Shown piece after piece: positions 19,521-27,826 of a DNA stretch of 64,000 nt (position 1 is its first letter; every line of letters starts with the position of its first letter). A program made the translations under genes and the position numbers. The notes below the pieces were generated by a model. That model was not told where the DNA came from and made no database searches. It was given only the letters and a program-made list of their open reading frames with translations. The stretch is from Spirochaetia bacterium (GTDB lineage Bacteria > Spirochaetota > Spirochaetia > UBA9216): NCBI GenBank assembly GCA_963675665.1, contig OY776510.1, positions 2,464,001-2,528,000 of the forward strand, given 5' to 3'.

Positions 19521-20801
19521 CTAAAGCTGGTCTGCAGTTGTGATTTCGCCTTTTACAGCTGTAGCCGCCGCGGTTGCCGGGCTTGCAAGATGGACCATTC
19601 CGCCTTTACCCATTCTCCCGTTAAAATTCCTGTTGGTTGTAGAAACACAGACTTCGCCCGCGGCGAGTACGCCGTTGCTCATGCCCAGACAGGCGCCGCA
19701 GGTTGGATTTGTAAGACAGCATCCGGCGTTCATGAATATTTCAATCAAACCTTCGGCCAAAGCCTGTTTGTAAACATCCGGAGTCGCCGGTGAAACTATA
19801 ACTCTTACGGAATCAGCAATCTTTCTTCCTTTCAGAACAGCTGCTGCGGCTCTCAGGTCTTCAATTCGCCCGTTTGTACAGGATCCTATATAAACCTGAT
19901 TGACTTTTTCTCCCGTCATTTCCCTGACGGTTTTAACATGATCCGGTTTGTATCCGTATGTGATAAGCGGAGTAAGGCTGCTTAAATCCATTTCGAGATC
20001 CCTGGCATAAGCAGCATCGGTATCAGGAAGGAATTCCGAGTATGATTCAAGGGCTTTTTCCTTACTATCAAATTCATCCTTGATGAAGGGCCACAGGTAG
20101 TTTACTGTTGTCATATCAGGATAACAGATGCCGCATGTAGCGCCGGCTTCGATAGCCATATTACATACCGTCATTCTGCCTTCCATCGACATGGCGCCGA
20201 TTACCGGACCGGTAAATTCAATTACATGATCGGTTGCACCGTTAACCCCCAGGTTGCCGATAATATGGAGAATTATATCTTTAGGCGTAACCTCTTTGCC
20301 TGGATTTCCTGTAAGCCTGATTCTGATGGTTTTTGGTGATTTGAAAGAGCAGATGCCTTTAAGAATGCCGACTTCAAGGTCTGTAGTTCCTACCCCGGCT
20401 GCAAAAGCACCAAATGCTCCATGCGTACATGTATGCGAATCACCCATAATTATTGTGTACCCCGGACGCGCGAATCCCTTTTCGGGAAAAATTGCGTGGC
20501 AAACGCCGTTTCGTCCGATATCGAAAAAATCTTTAATACCGTGGCGGTTTGCCCAGTCGCGGAGAACCTTTCCCTGTTCCGCTGTCAGGGAATCCTTTGC
20601 CGGTGTAACATGATCAATTACAGCCTTGATTTTTGTCGGATCAAAAACACGATCCTTGCCGCGTTCGACAAGATCCACTATAGCTGTGGGTGTTGTGATT
20701 TCATGACAGAAAACAGCGTCCAATTTAATGACTTCTATACCTTTTGAAGGTTCGTCCAGCCTGTGAGCGTCAAATATTTTTTGTGCTGTTGTTTTTCCCA
20801 T
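19521..20801 (-). CDS. leuC: 3-isopropylmalate dehydratase large subunit (short LeuC type)
   Basis: GVCH, DSHTCTHGAFG, GSCTNGR, CGACLG, STTNRNFNGRMG. Confidence 0.92.
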   Translation of the reverse strand: MGKTTAQKIFDAHRLDEPSKGIEVIKLDAVFCHEITTPTAIVDLVERGKDRVFDPTKIKAVIDHVTPAKDSLTAEQGKVLRDWANRHGIKDFFDIGRNGVCHAIFPEKGFARPGYTIIMGDSHTCTHGAFGAFAAGVGTTDLEVGILKGICSFKSPKTIRIRLTGNPGKEVTPKDIILHIIGNLGVNGATDHVIEFTGPVIGAMSMEGRMTVCNMAIEAGATCGICYPDMTTVNYLWPFIKDEFDSKEKALESYSEFLPDTDAAYARDLEMDLSSLTPLITYGYKPDHVKTVREMTGEKVNQVYIGSCTNGRIEDLRAAAAVLKGRKIADSVRVIVSPATPDVYKQALAEGLIEIFMNAGCCLTNPTCGACLGMSNGVLAAGEVCVSTTNRNFNGRMGKGGMVHLASPATAAATAVKGEITTADQL

Positions 20802-20813
20802 ATATTACTCCTG

Positions 20814-21392
20814 TTAATTCCGTACGAATATTCTGCCCGGGGTGATTATCCACATTGCCTTGAGTGTTACATTCCCGGTATTCCTTACTATATGAGGTAT
20901 ATCCGACGGAAACGATATAGTGTCTCCGGCTTCAAGTTTATAAGTTGAAGTTCCGTAGATCAGTTCGCCTTCACCCTGAATAATTGTACCAAGCTCCCGT
21001 CCGGGATGGCCGAATTCAATATCGCCCTTTTCTTTTCCGGGCGGGATGTCAATATAAAATGCTTCTACAGACGGATTAATCTCGGTCTCGGGGATGAATG
21101 AAAGCTGCTGGTAATCGACTCCGTTCATTAAAAGCTTGTTGCGATCTTCAGGTTTTATTATCGAAACAACCTTGTCATGCTTGAGATCTTTGAACAGGTA
21201 TTCAAGATCAATGTTAAGGGTGTTTGCAATTGCTATCAGTGTGTCGATCGAGGGAGAAACCCTGTTCCGCTCTATCTGACTTATCAGGCTTTCGCTTACC
21301 CCTGCTTTTGCCGCTACATCTTTAAGAGTCATATTTTTGCGTTCGCGTACGAGTCTTAATTTATTACCAAACTCAACATTCTTCTTTATCAA
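20814..21392 (-). CDS. XRE-family HTH + cupin transcriptional regulator
   Basis: TLKDVAAKAGVSESLISQIERNRVSPSIDTL; HPGRE...GDTISFPSDIPH; TTG start. Confidence 0.92.
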   Translation of the reverse strand: MIKKNVEFGNKLRLVRERKNMTLKDVAAKAGVSESLISQIERNRVSPSIDTLIAIANTLNIDLEYLFKDLKHDKVVSIIKPEDRNKLLMNGVDYQQLSFIPETEINPSVEAFYIDIPPGKEKGDIEFGHPGRELGTIIQGEGELIYGTSTYKLEAGDTISFPSDIPHIVRNTGNVTLKAMWIITPGRIFVRN

Positions 21393-21412
21393 TACTTAAA
21401 CCTCTTAAGTAT
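21392..21412. promoter_or_regulatory. Candidate operator (8-bp inverted repeat) over the XRE-cupin RBS
   Basis: ATACTTAA-acctc-TTAAGTAT. Confidence 0.45.
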
Positions 21413-21496
21413 AGTTTAAATCGAAAAGGGTGATTTGTCAAGCTGACTTGCAAAACAGTTATATTTACTGTATTTTATAGCCTGACGGAGGGTTCT

Positions 21497-22684
21497 ATGG
21501 CAATATCAAAGCATATCAATGATCTGATGGCAGGGTCATCCTTTATCCGTAAAATGTTTGAAACAGGTTCCCGGCTGAAAGCGGAATACGGAGCCGAAAA
21601 TGTGTATGATTTCAGCCTCGGCAATCCCGACATTGCCCCTATAGATGATTTCAGCAGGATCGTAAACCGGATAATAAACGAGGATATTCCCGGAAAACAC
21701 GGTTATATGCCGAATGCCGGATACCCTTTTGTTCGGGAAGCAGTCGCCGGTTATGTATCAAAAGAACAGAACACTCCTCTTGACGGGAATAGTATTATTA
21801 TGACTTGCGGGGCCGGCGGCGGAATGAACGCTGTTTTAAAGTCAGTTTTGAATGCAGGCGACAGGGTTCTGGTCAGCGCTCCGTGTTTTATGGAATACAG
21901 GTTTTACGCGGATAACCACGGCGGAAAGCTGGAAATTATCAGGCCGACAGCAACCCTTGATCTTGATCCTGACGCATTTGAAGCGGCTATTGATGATGAT
22001 GTTGCCGCGGTTATCATCAACTCTCCAAATAATCCTTCAGGCAGGATATATTCCGAAGAAAACCTCCGGGAGCTTTGCAGGGTCCTGGAAAAAGCCTCGG
22101 AGCGGACGGGCAGGAGCATATATTTGATTTTTGACGAGCCTTACAGAAAGATTGTATTCGACGGCAATACAGTGCCTGCGGTTTTTCCGCTGTACCGTAA
22201 TTCCATTGTAATAACCTCCTATTCGAAAGATCTTTCGGTTCCCGGTGAACGAATCGGGTTTGCCGCAGTAAATCCGGCATCTGACGATTACAATAAACTC
22301 ATAAATGCGATTATTCTCTGTAACCGCATACTCGGTTTTGTTAATGCTCCGGCCCTGATGCAGCGGGTTGTTGCCGAGCTGCAGGGAAGAAGTGTAGACA
22401 TAAACGAATATCAAAGGAAACGTGAACTTTTGTGCGACGGCTTGTCCGAAATAGGATATGAATTTAAAAAACCCGAAGGAACATTCTATCTGTTTCCCAA
22501 AGCCCCCGGAGGCGATGATGCCGGAGTAGTTGATCTTCTGTTAAAAGAAAGAGTTCTGGTTGTTCCCGGAAGCGGTTTTGCAATGCCCGGCTATTTCAGA
22601 ATTGTTTTCTGTGTAGAGGACAGTGTAATCAGCGGTTCCTTGGACGGATTCCGGAATGTATTTGAAAAGGTCAGGCAGGGATAA
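21497..22684 (+). CDS. Class I/II PLP-dependent aminotransferase (aspartate/aromatic)
   Basis: FSLGNP, INSPNNPSG, DEPY, SYSKDLSVPGERIG. Confidence 0.93.
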   Translation: MAISKHINDLMAGSSFIRKMFETGSRLKAEYGAENVYDFSLGNPDIAPIDDFSRIVNRIINEDIPGKHGYMPNAGYPFVREAVAGYVSKEQNTPLDGNSIIMTCGAGGGMNAVLKSVLNAGDRVLVSAPCFMEYRFYADNHGGKLEIIRPTATLDLDPDAFEAAIDDDVAAVIINSPNNPSGRIYSEENLRELCRVLEKASERTGRSIYLIFDEPYRKIVFDGNTVPAVFPLYRNSIVITSYSKDLSVPGERIGFAAVNPASDDYNKLINAIILCNRILGFVNAPALMQRVVAELQGRSVDINEYQRKRELLCDGLSEIGYEFKKPEGTFYLFPKAPGGDDAGVVDLLLKERVLVVPGSGFAMPGYFRIVFCVEDSVISGSLDGFRNVFEKVRQG

Positions 22685-22690
22685 ACTCTA

Positions 22691-22945
22691 ATGGGATTAA
22701 TGGATAAATCGCTTGACGCCCGGCGGGTATTTGCGGCGACCAATAAACGTATGCTTGACGCAATAAATGCGGCCTCTGAAACAGGGGATACAAAGCTGCT
22801 CGAAGAGATTGAATTCGTAATGACCGTCGGCGCTTATGAACAACTCATAGACAGCGGACTATATACATCACTTAAAAGGAAGAACCCCGACAGGCGTTCG
22901 GTTGACCGGAGGACCAATGACCGCCGGAAATCCGGTAAACGTTGA
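22691..22945 (+). CDS. Small hypothetical protein with C-terminal DRR repeats
   Basis: Starts 6 nt after the aminotransferase stop; ends DRRSVDRRTNDRRK. Confidence 0.7.
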   Translation: MGLMDKSLDARRVFAATNKRMLDAINAASETGDTKLLEEIEFVMTVGAYEQLIDSGLYTSLKRKNPDRRSVDRRTNDRRKSGKR

Positions 22946-23051
22946 TATCCTGTGGAGTATCTGTGGATAATTATTCGATTTATAATTGGATAATTTAAAA
23001 TTATATGTTAAAATACCGATATTAAAAATAAATCATACCGGGAGTAGTTAA

Positions 23052-23192
23052 ATGGGTGTAGCAGCATACGCTTTCCTTTTTGTATCGATAATCGGATGTA
23101 TCGCTTACGGGCTGATAAACTGGAGCAAAGAAAGTACTGTGCCGCCGGTCACTGAAGCGGGCGACGGCGACCGGGATAAGGCTGCTGTATAA
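23052..23192 (+). CDS. 46-aa membrane peptide resembling sodium:solute symporter small accessory proteins (not in ORF track)
   Basis: SD GGGAG 7 nt upstream; MGVAAYAFLFVSIIGCIAYGLINWSKE...; terminator at stop. Confidence 0.75.
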   Translation: MGVAAYAFLFVSIIGCIAYGLINWSKESTVPPVTEAGDGDRDKAAV

Positions 23193-23208
23193 CAGCGGCT
23201 TTTTTTTA
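23179..23208 (+). terminator. Intrinsic terminator
   Basis: GCTGCTGT-ata-ACAGCGGC then T-run. Confidence 0.75.
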
Positions 23209-23292
23209 TCTTTATTTTTTACCTGTCATCTTTATCAACTTTTCAAAGACTTTTTAAACCGACTGATTTTAAACACCACGCTTGCACTCGAA

Positions 23293-23331
23293 GAAGGAAT
23301 TTTAAAAATCTCTGTTTTTTGAAATTCCTTC
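23293..23331. repeat. Palindromic dispersed repeat, family B copy 1
   Basis: GAAGGAATTTTAAAAA...TTTTTGAAATTCCTTC; 15-mer TTTTGAAATTCCTTC recurs at 59417-59431. Confidence 0.6.
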
Positions 23332-23364
23332 CATTGTATAAAAAACGATACATGGGTATTATAT

Positions 23365-23393
23365 AGAAACCGAAATTATTCTTTTCGGTTTCT
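23365..23393. promoter_or_regulatory. Perfect 11-bp inverted repeat in the iorA leader (operator or 5' hairpin)
   Basis: AGAAACCGAAA-ttattct-TTTCGGTTTCT just downstream of a TTGTAT..TATTAT promoter-like pair. Confidence 0.55.
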
Positions 23394-23424
23394 GTAATTA
23401 TTAACCAAATCAGAGGAGAATGGA

Positions 23425-25029
23425 ATGGGCGAAATGGTCCTTTTGGGAGACGAAGCTCTTGCTCTAGGCGCAATTGATGCCGGCATATCATCAGCATACG
23501 GATATCCCGGAACTCCCTCAAGCGAGATAATGGAATATCTTCTGGATTATTCAGAAAAGAACGAAGGTCTGTTTGCGACATGGTCTTCCAATGAAAAGAC
23601 TGCGTATGAAGAAGCCTTGGGCGCTTCATTTGTCGGGAAAAGGGTCCTCGTGACGATGAAACATGTCGGACTCAACGTGGCTGCGGATCCGTTTATGAAT
23701 TCAGCGCTGCTTGATATAAAAGGCGGACTTGTTCTGGCTGTTGCCGATGATCCCGGAATGCATTCCTCCCAGGGCGAGCAGGATTCACGCTATTTCTCCG
23801 CATTTGCCAGAATCATGTGTTTTGAACCGCGTAATCAACAGGAATGTTATGAGATGACGCGCGAAGCATTTGATATATCCGAGATGTTTCATATTCCTGT
23901 AATGATTAGAATGGTAACGCGGCTTGCTCATTCAAGGGCCGTTGTCGTCCCCTCGACACCGCGGGAGCGAAATCCCCTTGCGAAGACGGACAATCCCAAA
24001 GGCTGGATGCTTTTACCCGCCCTGGCCAGAAGAAACTGGTCGTCTCTGCTTGCGCGGCAGGCTGATTTTGAAAAGTACACAACGGAAACCCGTTATAATC
24101 CGCTTACGATAAACAGGGACTTTCGGAAGTTCGGCGTGATTACCAGCGGTCTTGGAAAAAACTACTATGATGAAGCAAAAAAAGAACTTGGCAGCCAGCC
24201 TTCGCATCTGCATATAAGCGCTTATCCGGTCCCGGTCGTAAAGGTCAGGGAGCTTGCCGCTGCAGTTGATAAAATTGTTGTGATTGAAGAAGGCTGTACC
24301 TTTATTGAAGATTACCTGTGTGGATACCTTCCGCAACCGGTTGAAATAACAGGCAAGAAGGACGGCGCAGTTCCTTTAACCGGAGAACTCAATCCCGACA
24401 ATATCCGGGGTGCGCTTGGATTGGCTCCCCGCGAAGGACTCGGTACCGATATGGAAATCCCGGGCAGGCCGCCGCAGCTTTGTCAGGGATGTCCACATGC
24501 CGACACCTACGCGGCATTGAACGAAGCCCGTGAATCATTTGATAATTCCATAGTAACCTCGGACATAGGCTGTTATTCTCTGGGCGCGTTGCCGCCGTAC
24601 AATGCCATTGAGACAATCATCTGCATGGGGGCTTCCGTCGGTACTGCAAAAGGCGCTGCTGAAGCGGGTTTTGAACCTGTAGTTGCGGTGATTGGCGACA
24701 GCACATTCCTTCATTCGGGAATTTCACCGCTTATAGACGCAGTTTCATGCCGCACTCCGATGACGCTTGTGATCCTGGACAACGGAACCGTTGCAATGAC
24801 AGGCGGTCAGAAAACAATCCTGCCGTCGTCAAGACTGCAGACGCTGCTTGAAGGAATAGGCGTAGAACCGGAACATATACGTACAATAACTCCGCTGAAA
24901 AAGCACCATGAGGAAAATGTAGGGATATTTAAAACTGAAATGAATTACAAGGGCCTCTCGGTAATAATTGCATTACGGGAATGTCTTGAGACAGCCAGAA
25001 AACAAAAAAAAGCCGGAGGCCAGAAATGA
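23425..25029 (+). CDS. iorA: Indolepyruvate:ferredoxin oxidoreductase alpha subunit
   Basis: GYPGTPSSEI, MKHVGLNVAADP, DDPGMHSSQ.EQDSR, CQGCPH, GDSTFLHSG...LDN TPP motif. Confidence 0.93.
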   Translation: MGEMVLLGDEALALGAIDAGISSAYGYPGTPSSEIMEYLLDYSEKNEGLFATWSSNEKTAYEEALGASFVGKRVLVTMKHVGLNVAADPFMNSALLDIKGGLVLAVADDPGMHSSQGEQDSRYFSAFARIMCFEPRNQQECYEMTREAFDISEMFHIPVMIRMVTRLAHSRAVVVPSTPRERNPLAKTDNPKGWMLLPALARRNWSSLLARQADFEKYTTETRYNPLTINRDFRKFGVITSGLGKNYYDEAKKELGSQPSHLHISAYPVPVVKVRELAAAVDKIVVIEEGCTFIEDYLCGYLPQPVEITGKKDGAVPLTGELNPDNIRGALGLAPREGLGTDMEIPGRPPQLCQGCPHADTYAALNEARESFDNSIVTSDIGCYSLGALPPYNAIETIICMGASVGTAKGAAEAGFEPVVAVIGDSTFLHSGISPLIDAVSCRTPMTLVILDNGTVAMTGGQKTILPSSRLQTLLEGIGVEPEHIRTITPLKKHHEENVGIFKTEMNYKGLSVIIALRECLETARKQKKAGGQK

Positions 25030-25589
25030 AATACGACATTATCCTTGCAGGAGTAGGCGGGCAGGGAGTTCTTTCCGTTGCCGCCGGAATTGCTACCGGA
25101 GCAATGCTTCAGGGGCTTAAGGTCAGGCAGTCGGAGGTTCATGGAATGGCCCAGCGCGGCGGCGCGGTAATGTCGCACCTGCGCCTTTCAGATGAAGAAA
25201 TCCCGGGCGACCTTGTCGGCAAGGGCAATGCCGACATGATTCTGAGCATGGAACCGCTTGAAGCTCTCAGGTATCTGGAATATTTAAAACCCGACGGGAA
25301 ATTGATTACTGCTTCCGAACCGGTTGTCAATATTCCGAATTATCCCGATGAGGCCGATATAATGTCAGGAGTTGAAGCGACCGGGGCAGCTGTTATCGTC
25401 GATGCGAAAACCATTGCCAGGGAGTCCGGAAACATGAAAGCTGCCAATATGGCCATGGTAGGAGCGGCGTCCGCATATCTGCCTGTTGAGCAATCCAGAA
25501 TTGAAGAAGCTATCAGAAATATGTTTGCTTCAAAGGGCGACAAAATAATTGAGCAGAATATTAACGCATTTAAAGCCGGACGAGGCTGA
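25026..25589 (+). CDS. iorB: Indolepyruvate:ferredoxin oxidoreductase beta subunit
   Basis: GVGGQGV, SEVHGMAQRGGAV.SHLR, EPLEALRY; ATGA overlap with iorA. Confidence 0.93.
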   Translation: MKYDIILAGVGGQGVLSVAAGIATGAMLQGLKVRQSEVHGMAQRGGAVMSHLRLSDEEIPGDLVGKGNADMILSMEPLEALRYLEYLKPDGKLITASEPVVNIPNYPDEADIMSGVEATGAAVIVDAKTIARESGNMKAANMAMVGAASAYLPVEQSRIEEAIRNMFASKGDKIIEQNINAFKAGRG

Positions 25590-25607
25590 TAAACGGGGTA
25601 AGGCATT

Positions 25608-26918
25608 ATGGAGATTAAATACTGGAACAGGGAACTTGAAACAATCAGCAGGGACAAACTTGAAGAACTCCAGCTTGCAAAGCTTAGAAAGACCGTATCC
25701 CAGGCATTAAAAACCGAATATTACGGTAAAAAAATTCCCGAGGCTGGGATCAAAAGCCCTGAAGATATCAGGAGCCTGGATGATCTGCAAAGGCTGCCTT
25801 TTACAACGAAGCTGGATCTCCGCGAAGCTTACCCTTTCGGAATGCTGGCCGTCGATCTCGACGATGTAGTGCGTATGCATGCTTCCAGCGGGACTACCGG
25901 AAAGCCTACAACAATTTACCTGACGGCGGATGACCTCGACCGTTCAACTGACATTACAATACGTTCGATAGTTGCCACGGGGACCGGCAGGGGCGATGTG
26001 TTTCAGAACATGATGACTTACGGTCTTTTTACCGGAGGGATTGTTCTCCATTACGGCGCGGAAAAGCTTGGAACCATGGTTATCCCTGCAAGCTCCGGAA
26101 ATACAGCACGACAGTTCCAGTTGATGAAAGATTTTAAAACAACAGTAATTCACGCAACCCCCAGTTATATGCTTTATCTGCACTCCAGAATGGCTGATTT
26201 CGGAATAAAACCCTCAGATTTGCATCTGAAAAAGGCTTTTGTAGGCGCGGAACCCCACTCTGAGGATATTCGAAAAAAGATTGAGAATCTATGGGATATT
26301 GATGTTTACAATTCATATGGATTATCGGAGATGAACGGACCGGGGCTTGCTTTTGAATGTGTTTATAAAGACTGCATGCATGTATGGGAAGATGCGTATA
26401 TCATGGAAATAATTGATCCGGTGACCCTTGAGCCTCTGCCTGAAGGAGAAGAGGGCGAACTGGTATTAACCATTCTGCAGAGAGATGCAATGCCGTTGAT
26501 TCGCTATCGCACGCGGGATCTTACCCGTATAATTCCCGGGCAGTGCAAATGCGGGCGTACTCACAGAAGGGTTGCCAGGATGAAGGGTCGTTCCGATGAT
26601 ATGCTTATAATAAACGGGGTAAATATATTCCCGTCGCAGATTGAAGAAGTAATCATGCGGATGCCGGAAGTTGGAACCAATTACCTGATAGTAGTGGAGA
26701 AATCCGGTCCTCTCGATAAGCTGATAGTAAAAACCGAGGTCACCAGAGACGCTCTTACCGACGATACACGTGATTTATATGCCCTTAAAGCAAAAATTGC
26801 CGAGAACCTGAAAGCCTCGATATTCATAAACCCGGTAGTGGAACTTCATGAGCACGGAGCCCTTCCTGTATCTGAGGGCAAGGCAAAACGGGTATTGGAC
26901 AACCGGGCAGCAGAATGA
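25608..26918 (+). CDS. paaK: Phenylacetate--CoA ligase
   Basis: HASSGTTGKPT, YGLFTGG, YGLSEMNGPG, RYRTRD, GRSDDMLIINGVNIFPSQIE, GKAKRV. Confidence 0.92.
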   Translation: MEIKYWNRELETISRDKLEELQLAKLRKTVSQALKTEYYGKKIPEAGIKSPEDIRSLDDLQRLPFTTKLDLREAYPFGMLAVDLDDVVRMHASSGTTGKPTTIYLTADDLDRSTDITIRSIVATGTGRGDVFQNMMTYGLFTGGIVLHYGAEKLGTMVIPASSGNTARQFQLMKDFKTTVIHATPSYMLYLHSRMADFGIKPSDLHLKKAFVGAEPHSEDIRKKIENLWDIDVYNSYGLSEMNGPGLAFECVYKDCMHVWEDAYIMEIIDPVTLEPLPEGEEGELVLTILQRDAMPLIRYRTRDLTRIIPGQCKCGRTHRRVARMKGRSDDMLIINGVNIFPSQIEEVIMRMPEVGTNYLIVVEKSGPLDKLIVKTEVTRDALTDDTRDLYALKAKIAENLKASIFINPVVELHEHGALPVSEGKAKRVLDNRAAE

Positions 26919-26983
26919 AACCGGCAGGAGTAGTTGAAACAGGTCAGTTATGGATTCTGATATTAAAGAGTCCTAATTGTTTA

Positions 26984-26996
26984 TTTGTCAGACAAA
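26984..26996. promoter_or_regulatory. Candidate FadR-type operator upstream of the GntR gene
   Basis: Perfect palindrome TTTGTC-A-GACAAA (GTCnGAC core) just upstream of TTGTCT-N17-CATAAT. Confidence 0.6.
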
Positions 26997-27034
26997 GGGA
27001 TTGTCTAAACTATACATATAGTACATAATAGGTT

Positions 27035-27793
27035 ATGAGTGATAATAACAGTAAAAAGGTAATTAAGCAGAAAACCGTAGTAGCACAGGTAATGGAGCAG
27101 ATCCGTGAGCTGATTGCCTCCGGTGAATATAATGTAGGTGATAAAATACCTACCGAGGGAGAGCTTGCCGAGATGTTCGGACTCGGCCGATCATCAATAC
27201 GTGAAGCCCTCAAGGTCTTTAATTATCTTGGAATTCTTGAGTCAAAGGCTGCTCTTGGCACTTTTGTATCAGATCGGACAAATGTGTCTTCTGAAGCCCT
27301 TTCCTGGGCGATTCTTCTGGGTAAAAACGAACTTTTTGAAATGGTTGAAATCAGGGGCGCACTTGAGACCTGGACGCTGCTGAAAATTTCCAGGGAAGCT
27401 GAAGATTTCCCTGAATTAGTGCAGAAACTTGCTGATGATCTGGAAGAAGAACTTGAAAATTTTAAAACATCAATTGCCCGCGGTTCGATTGAAGAGTTGA
27501 TAACCGCTGATTATAATTTTCACAGGATACTGATCAAATACTGCAATAACAGTCTTTTTACGACGATATATGACCTTCTTCGTGATTTCATGTTTGAAGA
27601 GATTAAAGCTACCTATGTTATTTTCGACAGCTATGAATTTGCAATAACCGAACACATGGCAATAGTTAACAGCATAAGAACCGGCGATACTGCAAAGATG
27701 CAGCATGCCATGAGAAAACACATCGGGGATATTACCGCCAGGCTCAGAACCTTCAGGGCGGAACAGGAAGCGGGTATTATCACAGAAAATTAA
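27035..27793 (+). CDS. GntR family regulator, FadR subfamily (FCD domain)
   Basis: GDKIPTEGELAEMFGLGRSSIREALKV; ADYNFH, EH..I, MRKHI. Confidence 0.92.
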   Translation: MSDNNSKKVIKQKTVVAQVMEQIRELIASGEYNVGDKIPTEGELAEMFGLGRSSIREALKVFNYLGILESKAALGTFVSDRTNVSSEALSWAILLGKNELFEMVEIRGALETWTLLKISREAEDFPELVQKLADDLEEELENFKTSIARGSIEELITADYNFHRILIKYCNNSLFTTIYDLLRDFMFEEIKATYVIFDSYEFAITEHMAIVNSIRTGDTAKMQHAMRKHIGDITARLRTFRAEQEAGIITEN

Positions 27794-27826
27794 ACCTGAA
27801 TCTTTTTATTAAAATAAACCGGCTGA

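Noticed and set aside
22946-23424. Replication origin
   Set aside because: Only one perfect DnaA box, no dnaA/dnaN/gyr context, and the region holds a small ORF and a promoter
23243-23629. 128-aa minus-strand ORF and the many other short antisense or overlapping ORFs in the track
   Set aside because: Shadows of well-supported genes, with no SD or promoter and no recognisable motifs
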